Source: Perkinsus olseni (Eukaryota). From it: DNA of 64,000 bases. Made by a program: the position numbers and the translations under genes. Below the pieces are notes generated by a model. It was not told where the DNA came from. It did not search any database and was given only the letters and a program-made list of their open reading frames with translations. The first letter of the stretch is position 1; every line of letters begins with the position of its first letter. The stretch covers positions 62,001-126,000 of the forward strand of contig JABANN010000017.1 of assembly GCA_013115125.1 (NCBI GenBank). Direction: 5' to 3'. This document shows, one piece after another, positions 62,980 to 64,000 of this stretch.

Positions 62980-64000
62980 CTCATGAATGCTTATCCTCCA
63001 TCTTCAGCGAGGTCCTCAACAGAGTCACATTGCCATTCCCGAGTGGATCGATGATACTCGCGATGGCGGCATGTTCATCCGGCTGCTCTCCTGCACCACG
63101 ACCGAGTAATCAACAGCGCTAAGCCACCGCAGACCGAACCTCGTAGTCTTAGGGCTGGTACGCCAGGGCCTGATAGTCATGGAAATCTGATGATAGTGAT
63201 GGAGATGGGCACCGAGACCCTCGAAACCTATGTGAGAAAGAAGTACTGCGAAGTGTCCACGACACGGTTGTGCCACTGACGCCGTTGCTGCCCTTGGTCG
63301 GTCATTCACATTAGGCGAAGCGAGTCCCCTGGGAATTACCAGTTTGCTATCGACGAGCTCGGCGAGATCATCGTCAGACTTATCGACATCGTGGAAGCGC
63401 TTCATTCAATCGACATGGTGATTTGCCAAACCGTCAACCTCACCCCCACTCGCCTGCGTGCAGGTCCATCTGGACCTCAAGGCTGAGAATGTCATGAGGA
63501 TGCGTGACGGCCAGTGGAAATTGATAGACTTGGGAGGGCTCATGTTGGACGGCTCCGTCATATCGCCGGCTAACGGCGGATCGATAACATTCACGCCAGT
63601 GTGAGTCCTCCTGTGACATGGGGAGCAGGTTGATGGTGATAAGGGAAGGTACGCTTCCCCCGAACTGGGTAGGCCGATGGCTGCGTATCTTTCTGGCATC
63701 AGTGATCCTGATGATGAGAAACAGATCATTAGAGTTGCCAAGTCCATGGATGTGTGGGCGTTGGGAATCCTAATATCGAAGATAGTTCTCGGTAGGCGGC
63801 CGGTTCCCCATCGGGGCAGCAACAGCTCCGACACTAACTACGATACGGTCCTGTCCCATCCTCGCGGGAGCTGGCTGGAGTCTCGCCGCCCGAATCGTCA
63901 GTTGTCGGTCTTCGCTCAGGCAAGGAGCCGACCGCCGAGCTCTGGAAGAACTGCATGTCGGTTGCTGAAAGTGGATCCTCAGGAGAGGCCGACTTTTATC
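62980..64000 (+). CDS. Ser/Thr protein kinase, partial (runs off window; 5' end unclear)
   Basis: LMIVMEMG, VHLDLKAENVM, WKLIDLG, YASPE, SMDVWALG, LLKVDPQERPT. Confidence 0.8.

Noticed and set aside
1-64000. CRISPR arrays, rRNA, prokaryotic operons
   Set aside because: No repeat-spacer array or rRNA-like sequence seen; the DNA is intron-rich and eukaryotic

Overview
Eukaryotic genomic DNA with many short introns (about 40-70 nt, GT-AG and some GC-AG). Gene content and style fit a Perkinsus-like alveolate (inference). Two gene-dense arms flank an accessory island. Left arm (1-31.2 kb): TFIIB, Cid1-type nucleotidyltransferase, Sec22, CDF metal transporter, DCAF7/WDR68, an ASPH-like ER protein, CstF-64, ADP/ATP carrier, a triple AP2-like protein, CFAP73/CCDC42 and several hypotheticals. 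Right arm (53.2-64 kb): beta-adaptin, SET methyltransferase, glucose-6-phosphate isomerase, tRNA-His and a partial kinase. The island (about 31.6-53.2 kb) holds two segmental duplications, a head-to-head pair of frameshifted secreted paralogs, an intronless orphan ORF, a helical-repeat gene next to a ParB/Srx-like gene, and decayed transposons. Main unexplained signals: tRNA T-arm/B-box-like motifs recurring inside short introns of unrelated genes; a hAT-type 8-bp excision footprint breaking a secreted gene; same-strand gene blocks with GCGCGCGCG at three divergent switch points; and a tRNA-His with U73. Exon boundaries were read by eye and are approximate, and no database searches were run.
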